Virus record (IMG/VR): IMGVR_UViG_3300033153_007345
Coordinates: 1-54,173 of that record
DNA length: 54,173 nt
Origin: a virus
Taxonomy: Duplodnaviria; Caudoviricetes
Reading direction: 5' to 3' (one strand)
Shown: positions 27,516-38,142 of the stretch, one piece after another
Position numbering within the stretch: position 1 is the stretch's first letter
How the letters are laid out: every line of letters starts with the position of its first letter
The notes under the pieces: generated by a model
What the model was told of the DNA's origin: nothing
The model's database searches: none
The model's input: the letters and a program-made list of their open reading frames with translations, nothing else
Made by a program: the position numbers and the translations under genes

Positions 27516-28672
27516 TACGGTTCCTTCTCGAATCCTTTAGCCCAAAACTCCAACTCTGATTGCGTCGAAGTTATGTTGTCGTTGATCGTTATTTTCACAT
27601 GGTCGTCGGTTGTGAATGTGCCCTGGACCCTAAGAATAAAGGGGTTTGCGAAGGTGAAAACACCAATCACATCATCTCGACCCGAAGCAATATCTAGGGC
27701 AAACCCTGTTGCTCCCTGGCCAAATGCAAACTTGTTCTTTATGTCTGCTGTTGTCTTGAGCATAGGCAAGGTTGTTATGATATTGTCGGACTGAATCTGA
27801 ATCGCTAGTCCATTGCTAAGAGGTTGGTTCCCGGCTAACCAGTTCTTAAACTGAAGGCCGTTCCCCTGTCCGAAGATTCTAAGCTCCTCAATGAACAGGT
27901 CGGTGTTGGCAGATGCCGGAATAATGAACTCTTGAGGAGTACCTGAGCCATTGACACCCATGTCTGTGATCACACCTAGCCCGTCGAGGCTAGCCTGACC
28001 GATGAACAGGTCACTGAGCTCCTTGGCACTAACCAAGACGCTACCCGTGATCCCGAATAGTCCCAGCCTGTGAGGAGAGTCAAAATCCTTGGTAATGGAT
28101 ACGGGCTTGGGACGTGAGATCAGATTGTCAAAGCCCAACACAACAACGCCGTCGCCAGGGGTGCCCGCGACGCCCATGTTGAAGTCACCAGACAATGGTC
28201 TCTCAAAGAACTCGCCTGATAGTGAGAACTTCTCGGAATAGATATGGATGATGCCACGGTCCGTAGCTTTCTCAGCCTTCAGGAATACCGTCTGCCTGAA
28301 CACAATGTCTGCATTCAACTCTTGAATGATACGGTTTCTGAATAGAATTTCATCACCAACTTCACCGGCGAGTACGGTGAATATCTTCTGGTACGCTGGG
28401 AGGTCTCTGTCTGGTGCAGAGGGATCGACACTTGTCCCGGCTATATCTAGGGTCCAGGTCGTGCCTGCGCCGCCTGTATCGACGATTTTGAAGAAGCTAT
28501 CGGGCTGCTGGTCTTGGCCAAACGTGGTTTCTACGATAACGGTGGCATCTGTGACAAGCGCAGTTAGGCCGTCTGAACGAACCTTGGTCTGAACAGCCCG
28601 ATCTACGTTAGACCCATCCTTACCAATGAGCCTACCCACAAACTGACCAAATTTTTGACCAATGCTACTCAT
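27515..28672 (-). CDS. Putative head spike/decoration protein
   Basis: 385 aa, beta-rich, C-terminal MGVNGSGTPQEF domain. Confidence 0.5.
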   Translation of the reverse strand: MSSIGQKFGQFVGRLIGKDGSNVDRAVQTKVRSDGLTALVTDATVIVETTFGQDQQPDSFFKIVDTGGAGTTWTLDIAGTSVDPSAPDRDLPAYQKIFTVLAGEVGDEILFRNRIIQELNADIVFRQTVFLKAEKATDRGIIHIYSEKFSLSGEFFERPLSGDFNMGVAGTPGDGVVVLGFDNLISRPKPVSITKDFDSPHRLGLFGITGSVLVSAKELSDLFIGQASLDGLGVITDMGVNGSGTPQEFIIPASANTDLFIEELRIFGQGNGLQFKNWLAGNQPLSNGLAIQIQSDNIITTLPMLKTTADIKNKFAFGQGATGFALDIASGRDDVIGVFTFANPFILRVQGTFTTDDHVKITINDNITSTQSELEFWAKGFEKEP

Positions 28673-28989
28673 ATTTCCTCAAAATTTATGATCGCTTTGT
28701 ACTTAACCCCAGCCGTTGATCCTTTGATATGGATAACCCTCTTGTCACCCTTTGGCGACCAGTTTATTCCTTCGCCATACTTGAATGTAGAGTAATTTGT
28801 CCCACCATCAAAGGATACCAGCAGATCTTTTATTATTGGAGTATTGGTTTGGTCGTTCTCTATCCACAACTCGGAAATGATCTTGTCGGGAGAGCTTGGA
28901 AGAGTCACTGGGGTTGTCCCAACATTACTTTCGTAATGCTCGGTGGAACCTTTCGTGTCTGTCATCTCAAACTGAGGCTTAACGTTCAT
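28669..28989 (-). CDS. Putative small jelly-roll decoration protein
   Basis: VGTTPVTLP...LWIEND...LLVSFDGG pattern. Confidence 0.5.
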   Translation of the reverse strand: MNVKPQFEMTDTKGSTEHYESNVGTTPVTLPSSPDKIISELWIENDQTNTPIIKDLLVSFDGGTNYSTFKYGEGINWSPKGDKRVIHIKGSTAGVKYKAIINFEEI

Positions 28990-29003
28990 AAAATCCTTTT
29001 GCA

Positions 29004-29037
29004 GAGTAGAGGAGGGTCACCAAGTCCCCCTCTACTC
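29004..29037 (-). terminator. Intergenic hairpin (weak terminator or processing/stability element)
   Basis: GAGTAGAGG / CCTCTACTC 9-bp perfect stem, no adjacent U tract. Confidence 0.5.
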
Positions 29038-29047
29038 ATAGCTACCC

Positions 29048-29608
29048 TTACTCAGTAATTTCATGCAGCCATAGCGTACCAGCAATCTCTGAACCAGTAG
29101 CTTCCAAAAGCTTGGCACGAAGCGTGATCGCCTGTATTCCAGTGCCCGCTGTTGTGTCAACTTCAACACAACTCATCTCGCAACAAAATGAGTACTGGCC
29201 GGGGCCAGTTGAGAAGTGACCAAGGATGGTCTCTGTATCGCCAACGCCCACATCGTCAATGTAGACTAGCTCGTAGTCAGCTTCCGTGCAGGAAGAGATT
29301 GCAAAACCAATCTTGTTGTACTTCTTGAGCAATGCCGCAGCAAAAGAACCCAAGTCCTGATAGGACGTTGATCCAGTTACTAGTGCATAAGCATGATGAC
29401 AAGCACCTGCTTCGTCTGTGGTTACTGGCAGTCTTCCTTCAGAATCCAATTGAGGAAAGACAAGAACTCCAGCTGCGTCTATGAAAGCAGGTGACGCAAT
29501 TGTCTTGTCAATCGCACTGCCCAACGTGGTATCTGGATTGGCAATATCAACGCCAGAACCAGTACCATCTCCATTGTCTAGAACTGCAAATAAGCCTTTT
29601 TTGTTCAT
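29048..29608 (-). CDS. Putative head decoration protein
   Basis: AAGGAG SD; beta-rich; LDSEGRLPV motif. Confidence 0.5.
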   Translation of the reverse strand: MNKKGLFAVLDNGDGTGSGVDIANPDTTLGSAIDKTIASPAFIDAAGVLVFPQLDSEGRLPVTTDEAGACHHAYALVTGSTSYQDLGSFAAALLKKYNKIGFAISSCTEADYELVYIDDVGVGDTETILGHFSTGPGQYSFCCEMSCVEVDTTAGTGIQAITLRAKLLEATGSEIAGTLWLHEITE

Positions 29609-29624
29609 GAGTACACTCCTTTAC

Positions 29625-30494
29625 CTAAGTTACATCCAACGCCGAGATAAACCCTCTAACAGGACATCCAAATGTGGGCTCCGCTTCAGCTGTGAACTTC
29701 AGCTCTACCAGAGTACCTGCGCTGATCGGATACGAGGGATCCAGTTTTAACTCGATGTTCTTCCTCGCTTCATAGAAGACTCCCCCGTCAATCTCCGACC
29801 CGCCTACCAACAAAGAGAAGTCCCCAGAAGCACTAGTAGTTATGTTCAGGCGCTTTATTTTTCTGGTAACTCCAGCTGGCACAGTAAATGATACCACATT
29901 TATGACTGCACCGGGAATACTGGTCTCAGATCCCGACGCAAAGAAGGGATTACCCTCCTCCACAGCGGTAAAAGTACCATCTACTTTGAGTCCGTTATCG
30001 GTGCACTCTGCAAAATGTAATGTGTTAGTTGTCCTGTTTAAACATACAAATGGGATCCCCTTGTTGATAAGGGGTTCGAATATGTCCCCGTCCCGAACAA
30101 GAGCATTGTCTAAATCAGTAACAAAGGAACTAACCACAGTGATGTACACACCAAAGACTACATTCCCGCCTGTTACAATAGCTTCGATCTGTGGTTTGTT
30201 GTGGATTCTAGAAACTGTTACTCGGAAAGTTTTACCAACGTCAGCATCAGTAATTAGATCATGCCCTACTAGATCGAAACGTTCAGAAAGTGCGTCAGTT
30301 CCAGTAGTTGTATCGTAGTAGTTTACTTGGAGAGTTGCGCCGGGATCTATGCTTTGTACAAACACAGAGGATAAAAGAGAGTTACCTCTGATAGCCATCT
30401 TCGACTGATACGTTCCAGCTGCTCTTGACTCCAGCTTGAATATGTTGTTCGTTTCAAACTGATCTAAGTTGATGGTGGTGGGTATTACAGCCAT
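29625..30494 (-). CDS. Putative two-domain head decoration protein
   Basis: First gene after the capsid; VSFTVPAG C-terminal beta-sandwich. Confidence 0.5.
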   Translation of the reverse strand: MAVIPTTINLDQFETNNIFKLESRAAGTYQSKMAIRGNSLLSSVFVQSIDPGATLQVNYYDTTTGTDALSERFDLVGHDLITDADVGKTFRVTVSRIHNKPQIEAIVTGGNVVFGVYITVVSSFVTDLDNALVRDGDIFEPLINKGIPFVCLNRTTNTLHFAECTDNGLKVDGTFTAVEEGNPFFASGSETSIPGAVINVVSFTVPAGVTRKIKRLNITTSASGDFSLLVGGSEIDGGVFYEARKNIELKLDPSYPISAGTLVELKFTAEAEPTFGCPVRGFISALDVT

Positions 30495-30509
30495 TTATCT
30501 TCCCACAAG

Positions 30510-30544
30510 TTAAGAAGGGGGTGCTAGATCACCCAACACCCCCC
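30510..30544 (-). terminator. Terminator after the major capsid gene
   Basis: Minus strand GGGGGTGTTGG...CTAGCACCCCC followed by TTCTT. Confidence 0.7.
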
Positions 30545-30569
30545 ACGAATAGTATAGATAAATGTTGTT

Positions 30570-31958
30570 TTATACTACGTTTATGCCCTGAGCAATAGAC
30601 ACTTCATTTGCACTCTGAGCATGCCCTTGGAAGTCTCCTCTCCACCAAGAAGCCACTAGCCAGCGATCTCCAGGAGGTGTTGGATCCATGACAGCCCGTA
30701 CACGAATTGGGCGTCTAACACCCGACATGAATCGGCTTCGGTTAACCAACTTTACCTCAGAAAGGTCAGTGGTGACTCCATCATAAACACCAGAGGCGTT
30801 CAGGTCATCCCTGTTGTACTCAGTGATCACAATTGGAACACCGTCAAGAGCACTCAATGCACCCCGAAGGATGGTTGCCATCGGTCCAAACTTCTCGACA
30901 CTGGTTACTTCAGCCAGTGCTCTCATTTGGTGATAGGCTTTGGAAGAAACCATCCAAACAAGATCCCGCTCAGCTACACCAAACTTGCCCATGGCAGTTC
31001 GCATGTCTCGAAGCTTGGCAGTTGTAAGTGCCGCTCCCAAGAAGTCAATGACTGATCCATTCGCAGAGTTCGCCAAGGCTAGCTTACGAAGGCCATCCCA
31101 GCTCTTTCTTGCGTCCGCCGCTGCGGTGACATCTGAATCCTGGTGAGTACCAGCGATGTCTCCGTTGAGGATCGCAGTCTCTACGGCACGCCCCTGAGCT
31201 CGGACAACCTCAGATCTCACTAGGGAAAGGATCTGTGGTGCAGAGTCCTCGTTTAGCTCCTCTGGAAGGCACATGTACTCAACAAGCTTCTCAGCCTCTA
31301 GAGTGATCTTGCCGGTCCCAAAGGATGCTGCTGCAATGTTGTCCGCTGGATCGCAAGACTCAGCTTGCTTCCGTGCAACAGTGATATCTGTTTGGATTGG
31401 GACATCGAAAGGACTTGAAGGCATGGTCACTTGACGGAATTGAGCAGCAATCTGTCGGTCTAGCTCGAATTCCTCAATGTAGGAAGAAGAAACGATTGTA
31501 GGTACCCAATCATCATTAGTAGTCGTGCTGAAAGCCTTAAGCTTAGGAGCCAGAACGTGCTTAGCAAAGTAGGAACCGTCTAGAATTCCCTTGACATTAG
31601 AGAAATTATCGCTATCGCCTACTGGTCCTCGGTCCAAAGTTTCCCCGTGAAGGACTTGCTGGATCATTCGAGAAGTATCAAAATCTTTCTTGAGCTGGCG
31701 AACTAGATGTCCTAGCTCCTGGGGAACATGGGTAAAGTCCTCATGCGCCGTGTTGACTTGAATCAAGTCTTTAACACTTCCACAACCGAAATAGCGCAAT
31801 GCTCGCATCTCGTCGCTGTTACCATTGGGGCCTGCATTCGTTTGAAAACCGCCGTTGGCAATCAATGCTGCCTGCTGGTTTTCATAGTTGGCTTTAGCAG
31901 CTTCTGCCTTCGCCACCCTAGCCTCCAAGTCTTTTATCTTCTTCTCTTGTGGTTCCAT
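30570..31958 (-). CDS. Major capsid protein (HK97 fold)
   Basis: WVPT, EELNEDS, AILNGD and LDGVPIV motifs; AAGGAGG SD; follows the protease. Confidence 0.95.
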   Translation of the reverse strand: MEPQEKKIKDLEARVAKAEAAKANYENQQAALIANGGFQTNAGPNGNSDEMRALRYFGCGSVKDLIQVNTAHEDFTHVPQELGHLVRQLKKDFDTSRMIQQVLHGETLDRGPVGDSDNFSNVKGILDGSYFAKHVLAPKLKAFSTTTNDDWVPTIVSSSYIEEFELDRQIAAQFRQVTMPSSPFDVPIQTDITVARKQAESCDPADNIAAASFGTGKITLEAEKLVEYMCLPEELNEDSAPQILSLVRSEVVRAQGRAVETAILNGDIAGTHQDSDVTAAADARKSWDGLRKLALANSANGSVIDFLGAALTTAKLRDMRTAMGKFGVAERDLVWMVSSKAYHQMRALAEVTSVEKFGPMATILRGALSALDGVPIVITEYNRDDLNASGVYDGVTTDLSEVKLVNRSRFMSGVRRPIRVRAVMDPTPPGDRWLVASWWRGDFQGHAQSANEVSIAQGINVV

Positions 31959-32013
31959 CGGCGAAGCCTCCTTGCCTAAATTAAATATCTTACTACAAGA
32001 TACCGAATACTAA

Positions 32014-33561
32014 TCAACACCCTAAATTATTAAGTCTTTTGCTTAAGTTGTCCAAGCTTTTCTGAGCACGGGCTATTGTCTTATCTGAAACCGGCTCATC
32101 TTCTTCGCTATTTTCAACTTTTTCAGACTCATTATCTTCACTATCTGTGGATAATGTATCATTTTTTTGGCCCATGTCTGCAATTATTTGTGACAGCTTC
32201 TGTATCTCACCAATCAATACACCCATCATCACATTTGTCTGCTTCTGAGCCTCTAAAAATGGACTACCAAAGTTATCCTCATCAGGAGCCGTTTTTATAG
32301 GGACTGTTACCCCATCATCGCCCTCCTGCTCAGCTTGCTTAACTTCAGTAGCATCTACGTTAAGTGTAACAGCTTCTTGAAGTTTTGAAAAATCCCACTC
32401 GCCAGTCTCTTTGAAAGCCTCCATAGCATCAAAACATACTGAGAACACCTCACTCTTAGATTCTGGGGATAGTGTACACTTCCCGCTTTCCTGGCATTCG
32501 CTTACAGCAACGGCTACAGCCTGGTCTTGCTCCATTCCCTCGTTTACTAATGCAGGGACTTTGGAAGATACGCAGTCCTCAAAATCCTGCTTGGTAGAGT
32601 CTACGTCGTCTTCGTCTTCGTCGTCCTCTGACTCTTCTGACTTTTTGTCAGGATCCTCCTCGTCTTCTTCTTTATCGTCTCCTGCATCTTCTCCTTCTTC
32701 ATCTTCTCCGTCTTTGCCCTTTTCTTCTTTATCGTCTTCGTCTTCTGGGCTTTCGTCATCTTCGTCTTTGGGCTCTTCATCTGCTTTTTCTTCATTCTTA
32801 CCCTCGTCCTTGAAAATAGCAGCTACAGCAGCCTTGAAATCGTCAGTGGGCTCTACGTTGCCCGCCAGGATGTCCTTAACCTCATCATTGGTGATACTAG
32901 CAGCCTCTGCCAGCATCTCGGTAAGATCCAGTCTGTCCTGTCCCTGAGCTTCTAGCATGTGAATTTGCTCATGGGTCTTCTGTGCAAACTCTGCGCCCTT
33001 CTGCTCAAGAACTTCCTTCTTGATCTCGTAGAGAGACTTTGTGGTCAAGGATTTCTCAGAAACAGTGAACAGAGAGTCCTGGTTCATTGGGACGCCCACA
33101 ATGGATACTTCAAACAGCTCGGCTTTAGTAATCCGGGTTATTTCCTTTACGTCCTCCCCCTCACCAATCTGAGATTTCTCAGTCTCCTTTGGGTCAAATC
33201 CCACAGAAAAAGCCTGGAGGATTTTCTCTTCCACCAGGTCTCGTACCATTCGAATACCGGGGGCCTCTGAATTAGATAGTCGGACCTTAAGAAAGAGCCC
33301 TTCGTCAGTCTCCTTGACCTGGGTAGCAGTACCCACTGGCGTACCGCCAAGAGTATCGAAGCCATGGTTGAACAAAATAACCGGGTTCTTTTTGAAATTG
33401 TCAAGCTCCCAGGCATTTGTTGCGATGATCTCATCACCTCGGTCAAGAGTAGCCTTGTTTGCGAACCCCTCAATGAAAGTGGCCCCACCCTTTTGCTTGA
33501 TGCTAAAGGTGTCCATAGAGGCCAGCTTCTTCACTACTTTGTTGTTCCGCTTCACATCCAT
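32014..33561 (-). CDS. HK97-type prohead protease with acidic scaffold-like extension
   Basis: IEGFA, DRGDE, NPVILFNH, FSVGF and LFEVSIVGVPMN motifs. Confidence 0.92.
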   Translation of the reverse strand: MDVKRNNKVVKKLASMDTFSIKQKGGATFIEGFANKATLDRGDEIIATNAWELDNFKKNPVILFNHGFDTLGGTPVGTATQVKETDEGLFLKVRLSNSEAPGIRMVRDLVEEKILQAFSVGFDPKETEKSQIGEGEDVKEITRITKAELFEVSIVGVPMNQDSLFTVSEKSLTTKSLYEIKKEVLEQKGAEFAQKTHEQIHMLEAQGQDRLDLTEMLAEAASITNDEVKDILAGNVEPTDDFKAAVAAIFKDEGKNEEKADEEPKDEDDESPEDEDDKEEKGKDGEDEEGEDAGDDKEEDEEDPDKKSEESEDDEDEDDVDSTKQDFEDCVSSKVPALVNEGMEQDQAVAVAVSECQESGKCTLSPESKSEVFSVCFDAMEAFKETGEWDFSKLQEAVTLNVDATEVKQAEQEGDDGVTVPIKTAPDEDNFGSPFLEAQKQTNVMMGVLIGEIQKLSQIIADMGQKNDTLSTDSEDNESEKVENSEEDEPVSDKTIARAQKSLDNLSKRLNNLGC

Positions 33562-33563
33562 GC

Positions 33564-35792
33564 TTATACCCCTAAAAAATCTTCGTCATCCGGTGCTACC
33601 AATAACAGCGTGCATCGGCAGTTGACTACATCCTCAGCCTGTCTTGACTTTATATCTCTAGGGTGACGCAGGCCGTTGCTGAATTTAGCATTGGCATCAA
33701 TAATATCACCATCCAAAGCTCTGTGCGAGTCCCTAACCCTATCATCCCCCGACGTTAACCACGACTTCTTTAGCCCCGGAATAACCTCCAGCGCGTTCTC
33801 TACAGCCCCCGCTTGGCCTATAGACACGGCAGTCAGCGTCTCCGTCCTAGCAATCATCTCGGCTTTGCCAGCCAGTTCTCCGGGTGTCCCTAGCTCCTTA
33901 GCAACTCGCCTCATGATCGCCGTTATGCTCTCCCCGCGCTTCTGTCCTTGCGTGATTTGACGCATTATGCGCTCGGTGTGCGTCTTGCTTATGCTCTCAA
34001 AAGACTCTATGCCCCTGGCCTCTAGGATCAACCTACGCTTCTCAGCATCACGAGCGCCCAGTGTCGCCACCTCTTGACGGGCTTCGGCGTTGAACACCAG
34101 GTCCAGTTGTTGGTCAAACCCAAGGTCCACGCTTGATTCTAGAGTCCTTGCCACATCAGTAGTCCAACTCTCCTCGAACTGCTCAGATATGGCACGCATT
34201 ATCCTTCTGGTCAGCACCTTGTCAGAAGGTAGGTCATCCTGCTTGATATCTTTGAATGACTTCAACGCAGCTATTACCGTCTCAATCGCAGCAGTGGTCA
34301 TCCCCACTAGCAGCTCCACAGCCGTCTCGGCTAGCTTGATAATCTGGCGCTGCTCCTCATCTGCCAGCTGCTTAGTAACGTGTGCCCTGAAGTCCTCCAC
34401 CTTAGCACTAAGCTGGATCTTCCTAACACCCTTCTCCTCGGCTTCGTCGGCCTCCTCGGCATCCTCAGCTGGTGAAGGTGATGCCTGTGCATTTGCATGG
34501 AAAGCATTGCTCCTCATAGTCGCTAGAGGAAACGGGGTATCCGCTGCCTCATCTTCATATATATCAACTTCCCAAACCTGCTGCCTGACCTCATTGAGCG
34601 ATAGGCCACCCTCTAGCATCGCCTTTGCAATACCAGCCTTTGCGTGCAGATCATCTTTGAGAGCTGCTACATCAGACAAATCGAACTGAAAGAAGCGATC
34701 CTCCCCAAGCTCCATCTGGAAGTGCTTGGTAAGAATACCGGCTATCCGGTTCATGGTAGGCTTGAGTGTAGACTCCCAGAAATTGCGAAGGGCAATACGA
34801 TGCTCCTCTGATCCCAAGCTCCCGGCAGTCTGTAGCCCCAGCTCGTGCTTGGGTACCTTCAGGAGTCCGAGCAGTGTTTCCCTGTTTGTGTTGATGTGAT
34901 CTAGGAGTTTTTGATCGGCTAGGGAGTGTGTCAGAGGTGTTGCCTTAACACCTTTGGGCAGCACAAGAGTACGCCTGGTGTTCTTCCTGCCCTGATACGC
35001 CTGCTCGAAGCTCTTGAGCTGCCGCAGAGCCACGTCTTCATTAACCATTCGGTCCAAGGATAGTGCCAGCCCTGGTGTCGCTTGCTTCAAGTAGAACGCA
35101 TTCAGGTAGTCGCTTGAATACCTGTTGAATAGGATCGACTTCCTGCCCGCTATAAACGGAGAAAGCCCCCATAGTAAGCTGTTAGGGTTCGGTCTGCGAG
35201 TGTGTACGATATCCTTTACGGCGAATTGCTGCATGGCCTGAGCTGTTTGTTCACCTTCATTTGCTGAGGACATCGCATAGTTTTTAACTTTGCCCTTATT
35301 GTCAAATTCAATCGTCAGGTTCTCAGTAGGTAGCACAAGCATCTGCCCGCTACTCGGCGCATTCCACACGATGCCGTTGCCCATGAGCGTATCTTCGACC
35401 ACCCAATTATACATGAACTGAGCATAGTCCTGCCACTCGTTGGGCTGCCTCAGTAGCTCGTTTAGGGGATGCTCCACGTCAGGCTCAGTAACCATGTTGC
35501 CATCGCGCATCTCTTTCTGCATGACCACCAAGGGCTGAGAACTGATCTTGTTGGCTATCAGATCCACGACGATGTAAACCCAGTCCTCTGAAAAGAAGAG
35601 GCTCTTAAGAAGCTCTCCCTCCATCCATGCCGATATCTCTTCTCGCCATATCTCCGTTGAACTACCGCCGCCGCCGCCGTACTGGGATAGATCAAACGAC
35701 TTACCTACGTACTCTTCCAAGCCACGTGCTACCTGCATCTGATCCCGTAGTTGTATTACCTTGCCTTTTTTGGGAGCTTTAGTCTCACTCAT
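33564..35792 (-). CDS. Portal protein fused to a MuF (SPP1 gp7-like) domain
   Basis: HK97-type portal motifs (LLRQPN, GN, WGLSP, VP...LG); C-terminal IARTET, KSWLTSGDDRVRDSH and NCRC. Confidence 0.9.
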   Translation of the reverse strand: MSETKAPKKGKVIQLRDQMQVARGLEEYVGKSFDLSQYGGGGGSSTEIWREEISAWMEGELLKSLFFSEDWVYIVVDLIANKISSQPLVVMQKEMRDGNMVTEPDVEHPLNELLRQPNEWQDYAQFMYNWVVEDTLMGNGIVWNAPSSGQMLVLPTENLTIEFDNKGKVKNYAMSSANEGEQTAQAMQQFAVKDIVHTRRPNPNSLLWGLSPFIAGRKSILFNRYSSDYLNAFYLKQATPGLALSLDRMVNEDVALRQLKSFEQAYQGRKNTRRTLVLPKGVKATPLTHSLADQKLLDHINTNRETLLGLLKVPKHELGLQTAGSLGSEEHRIALRNFWESTLKPTMNRIAGILTKHFQMELGEDRFFQFDLSDVAALKDDLHAKAGIAKAMLEGGLSLNEVRQQVWEVDIYEDEAADTPFPLATMRSNAFHANAQASPSPAEDAEEADEAEEKGVRKIQLSAKVEDFRAHVTKQLADEEQRQIIKLAETAVELLVGMTTAAIETVIAALKSFKDIKQDDLPSDKVLTRRIMRAISEQFEESWTTDVARTLESSVDLGFDQQLDLVFNAEARQEVATLGARDAEKRRLILEARGIESFESISKTHTERIMRQITQGQKRGESITAIMRRVAKELGTPGELAGKAEMIARTETLTAVSIGQAGAVENALEVIPGLKKSWLTSGDDRVRDSHRALDGDIIDANAKFSNGLRHPRDIKSRQAEDVVNCRCTLLLVAPDDEDFLGV

Positions 35793-35803
35793 AACACAAC
35801 CCT

Positions 35804-37183
35804 CTAAAACGGTGAATCGTCGCTGTCCATCTTCAGATCAGTATACCACTTATCCACCGATAGTTTGGAGTCTGGTAAATCCTCAAGAAACTGTAGCTTA
35901 AAATCAGAGGCGTACTCTTGTATTGCACTGTTTGCCAGCATCAGACTCGACACAATATCATCATGCATCCCCGTAGGAGCTGAGTACTTGAAATTCCCAG
36001 AGTCGCTAGTGGTCACTTCGTAGCTCTCCAATTCCTTAAGCATATCGGGCCAGTTAGCCAGTATGATACCCTTTGTCTCAAAAGTCAGCATCAACTGATT
36101 TACCATCGCTGATTTACTCTGGTTCGTAAACACCAGCCCCTCAAATGGGAAATCAAACTGTCCTAGCATGTCGTCTATTGCTTCACCTACACCAGTTCTA
36201 TCATGCTTTACTAGGATGATGTTCTTAAACTTCTTTATGAACTTGTATAGTTCACCCAAAGCTTCCACGTACCCAATACCTTGGAACCGCATGAACCCCA
36301 GCATCTTGGGTACGCCCGCACCAGAGGAGAGCGCAGTGAAAACCGTGTAGTCCTGCTTCTTGGCCCAGTCAACCCCGATCACCACGTCGTGCTTAAGCGC
36401 ATCCGGGTGGATCCAGTACTGCGTTGCGCCGTACAGATCATCGAGAGGATCCCCCTCGACGCAGTCACGAAACCCCACGAAGGTTGAGCCGTCATCGAGG
36501 AATTCAGCCATATAGTACTGCTGGAACAACCTATGCGAGAGCGAGCCCTTCGCCCGTTCTACTACCGCAGGATCAATGTACGGGTTGTCAAGCGTGCTGG
36601 CCGTGATGAATGCCTGCTCGGGAGTCTTGCCCGTCTTGAACGCCCACTCCATGTGTTCTTTGGCTTCCATCGCTCCTTTGTAGAAGTGGTTCTTGCCGAA
36701 GGGGGTACTGATGAACATCTCAGGCCCACCAGTGAACGTGAGTGTGGTCCCAGCGGACACGTAAGCGGCGTAAGGGCACTTTGCAGCCTCATCGAATATG
36801 TGGCCATTGATTCCGCCCCCCTCCATGCTCTTGGGGTCCTTACAGTGCCAGAATTCGATCTTGGATTGGATCTTAGGTAGGTCAATGTACATTTTGCCAT
36901 CATGGAACTTGGAGTGCGGCTCGGGAGGCAGCATCCCACGGAAATACTCCATCCCGATGCGAGCCTGGTCGTAGATCGGTGCGATCCACCGCCACTTGGT
37001 ACGGGGTCGATTCAGCAGCACGTTGGACATGCACACCGAGGCGCTGATTGATTTCCCAAATTTGGTCCCACATGAAACATAGAGCTTCTTCAAGCCCTTA
37101 GTGTTGAACGCATTCATGATCAGCTGCTGCTTCTTTGAGTGCGCTTCGGGGAACTTGACCTTGACTTTTACACTATTTCCCAA
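35804..37183 (-). CDS. terL: Terminase large subunit
   Basis: Walker A variant GTKFGKS, Walker B IFDEAA, ISTP coupling motif, GVDWAK and HDDIV nuclease motifs; likely TTG start at 37183 after GAGGAAGG. Confidence 0.93.
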   Translation of the reverse strand: MGNSVKVKVKFPEAHSKKQQLIMNAFNTKGLKKLYVSCGTKFGKSISASVCMSNVLLNRPRTKWRWIAPIYDQARIGMEYFRGMLPPEPHSKFHDGKMYIDLPKIQSKIEFWHCKDPKSMEGGGINGHIFDEAAKCPYAAYVSAGTTLTFTGGPEMFISTPFGKNHFYKGAMEAKEHMEWAFKTGKTPEQAFITASTLDNPYIDPAVVERAKGSLSHRLFQQYYMAEFLDDGSTFVGFRDCVEGDPLDDLYGATQYWIHPDALKHDVVIGVDWAKKQDYTVFTALSSGAGVPKMLGFMRFQGIGYVEALGELYKFIKKFKNIILVKHDRTGVGEAIDDMLGQFDFPFEGLVFTNQSKSAMVNQLMLTFETKGIILANWPDMLKELESYEVTTSDSGNFKYSAPTGMHDDIVSSLMLANSAIQEYASDFKLQFLEDLPDSKLSVDKWYTDLKMDSDDSPF

Positions 37184-37586
37184 GTGTGCCTTCCTCTTTG
37201 TGAATGCTCTGCAACAAGGTCCCATCGTCCTGAACTTCAGTCTCGTAGGTCACATCAACAATCTCGTACTCATGCTTATCAGCAACTTTGCCAATAGTCC
37301 GCTCCAGAAGGAAGTTGATCTTGCTCTGATCTCCATGCTTGATGGCATTGACAGCCACGCTCGCCAGCATCATCTCAAGAGCAGGAACTTCCATGTTCGT
37401 AGACAGGTCGATCAGTTCTTGCGGCGTCATGTCCACAATCTTCTGAATCAAGCGCCTCATGTCCGACTTTGTCATGAGCTTGACTTCTTTGAGGTTGTCC
37501 CTGATTTTGGGCCTGCCTTTTTTATTGCCGCTGACCCCCGGACGAAAAGGCTTCAGGTTCTGGGGGTTTCCTTTTGGGTTAGCCAT
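37173..37586 (-). CDS. terS: Terminase small subunit
   Basis: NLKPFRPGVSGNKKGRPK N-terminus; directly upstream of terL. Confidence 0.8.
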   Translation of the reverse strand: MANPKGNPQNLKPFRPGVSGNKKGRPKIRDNLKEVKLMTKSDMRRLIQKIVDMTPQELIDLSTNMEVPALEMMLASVAVNAIKHGDQSKINFLLERTIGKVADKHEYEIVDVTYETEVQDDGTLLQSIHKEEGTLGK

Positions 37587-38142
37587 ACTCTCTACCCTCT
37601 TCCTTAGCCTTAGCCCTTCGCATACGCTGCCTCATATTAGTGTAATCTCTGCGCTTTATCCGCATTATATAATCACATTCTTTACATCTTCCGGTTCCTC
37701 GATCATGGCCACGCTTGCATATACTCGGAATAGAATACACATTATTTTCTAACGTAGTACATACTTCCAAATGCTCTGGGTTAACACATGCTGGGGTTTC
37801 ACACAGATGATTTATGACTAGTCCCAAGGGGATAGGCGCAACAAAATTTCCATACGACCACCGATGCGCAAGTACACTCTTGCTTTTTCCATCAGGCCCA
37901 TTAAGCGTAAAGCGTCCATACCCTTCTTTGAACGTTTTTGCTTTGTACGCAAACTTGCTGGCTGTCCAAAACCAACAAGTATCAGTCTTATCTACATGCG
38001 ACAAAAATCTTTCTTCCAACGACATTTCTAATTTGGAAGGAAGATGAACAACCATGCCTCTACGTAAACGGTTGTAGTGCTTGGTACAGTATCCCTTTGC
38101 TACATGTTTATTCTCACATTTAGGTACGCTACAACCCCTCAC
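37579..38142 (-). CDS. HNH (His-Me finger) homing endonuclease
   Basis: CSVPKC...GYCTKHY, CWFW, GYG, AHRWSY, HLCETPACVNPEHL and CKRGH motifs. Confidence 0.9.
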   Translation of the reverse strand: MRGCSVPKCENKHVAKGYCTKHYNRLRRGMVVHLPSKLEMSLEERFLSHVDKTDTCWFWTASKFAYKAKTFKEGYGRFTLNGPDGKSKSVLAHRWSYGNFVAPIPLGLVINHLCETPACVNPEHLEVCTTLENNVYSIPSICKRGHDRGTGRCKECDYIMRIKRRDYTNMRQRMRRAKAKEEGREYG

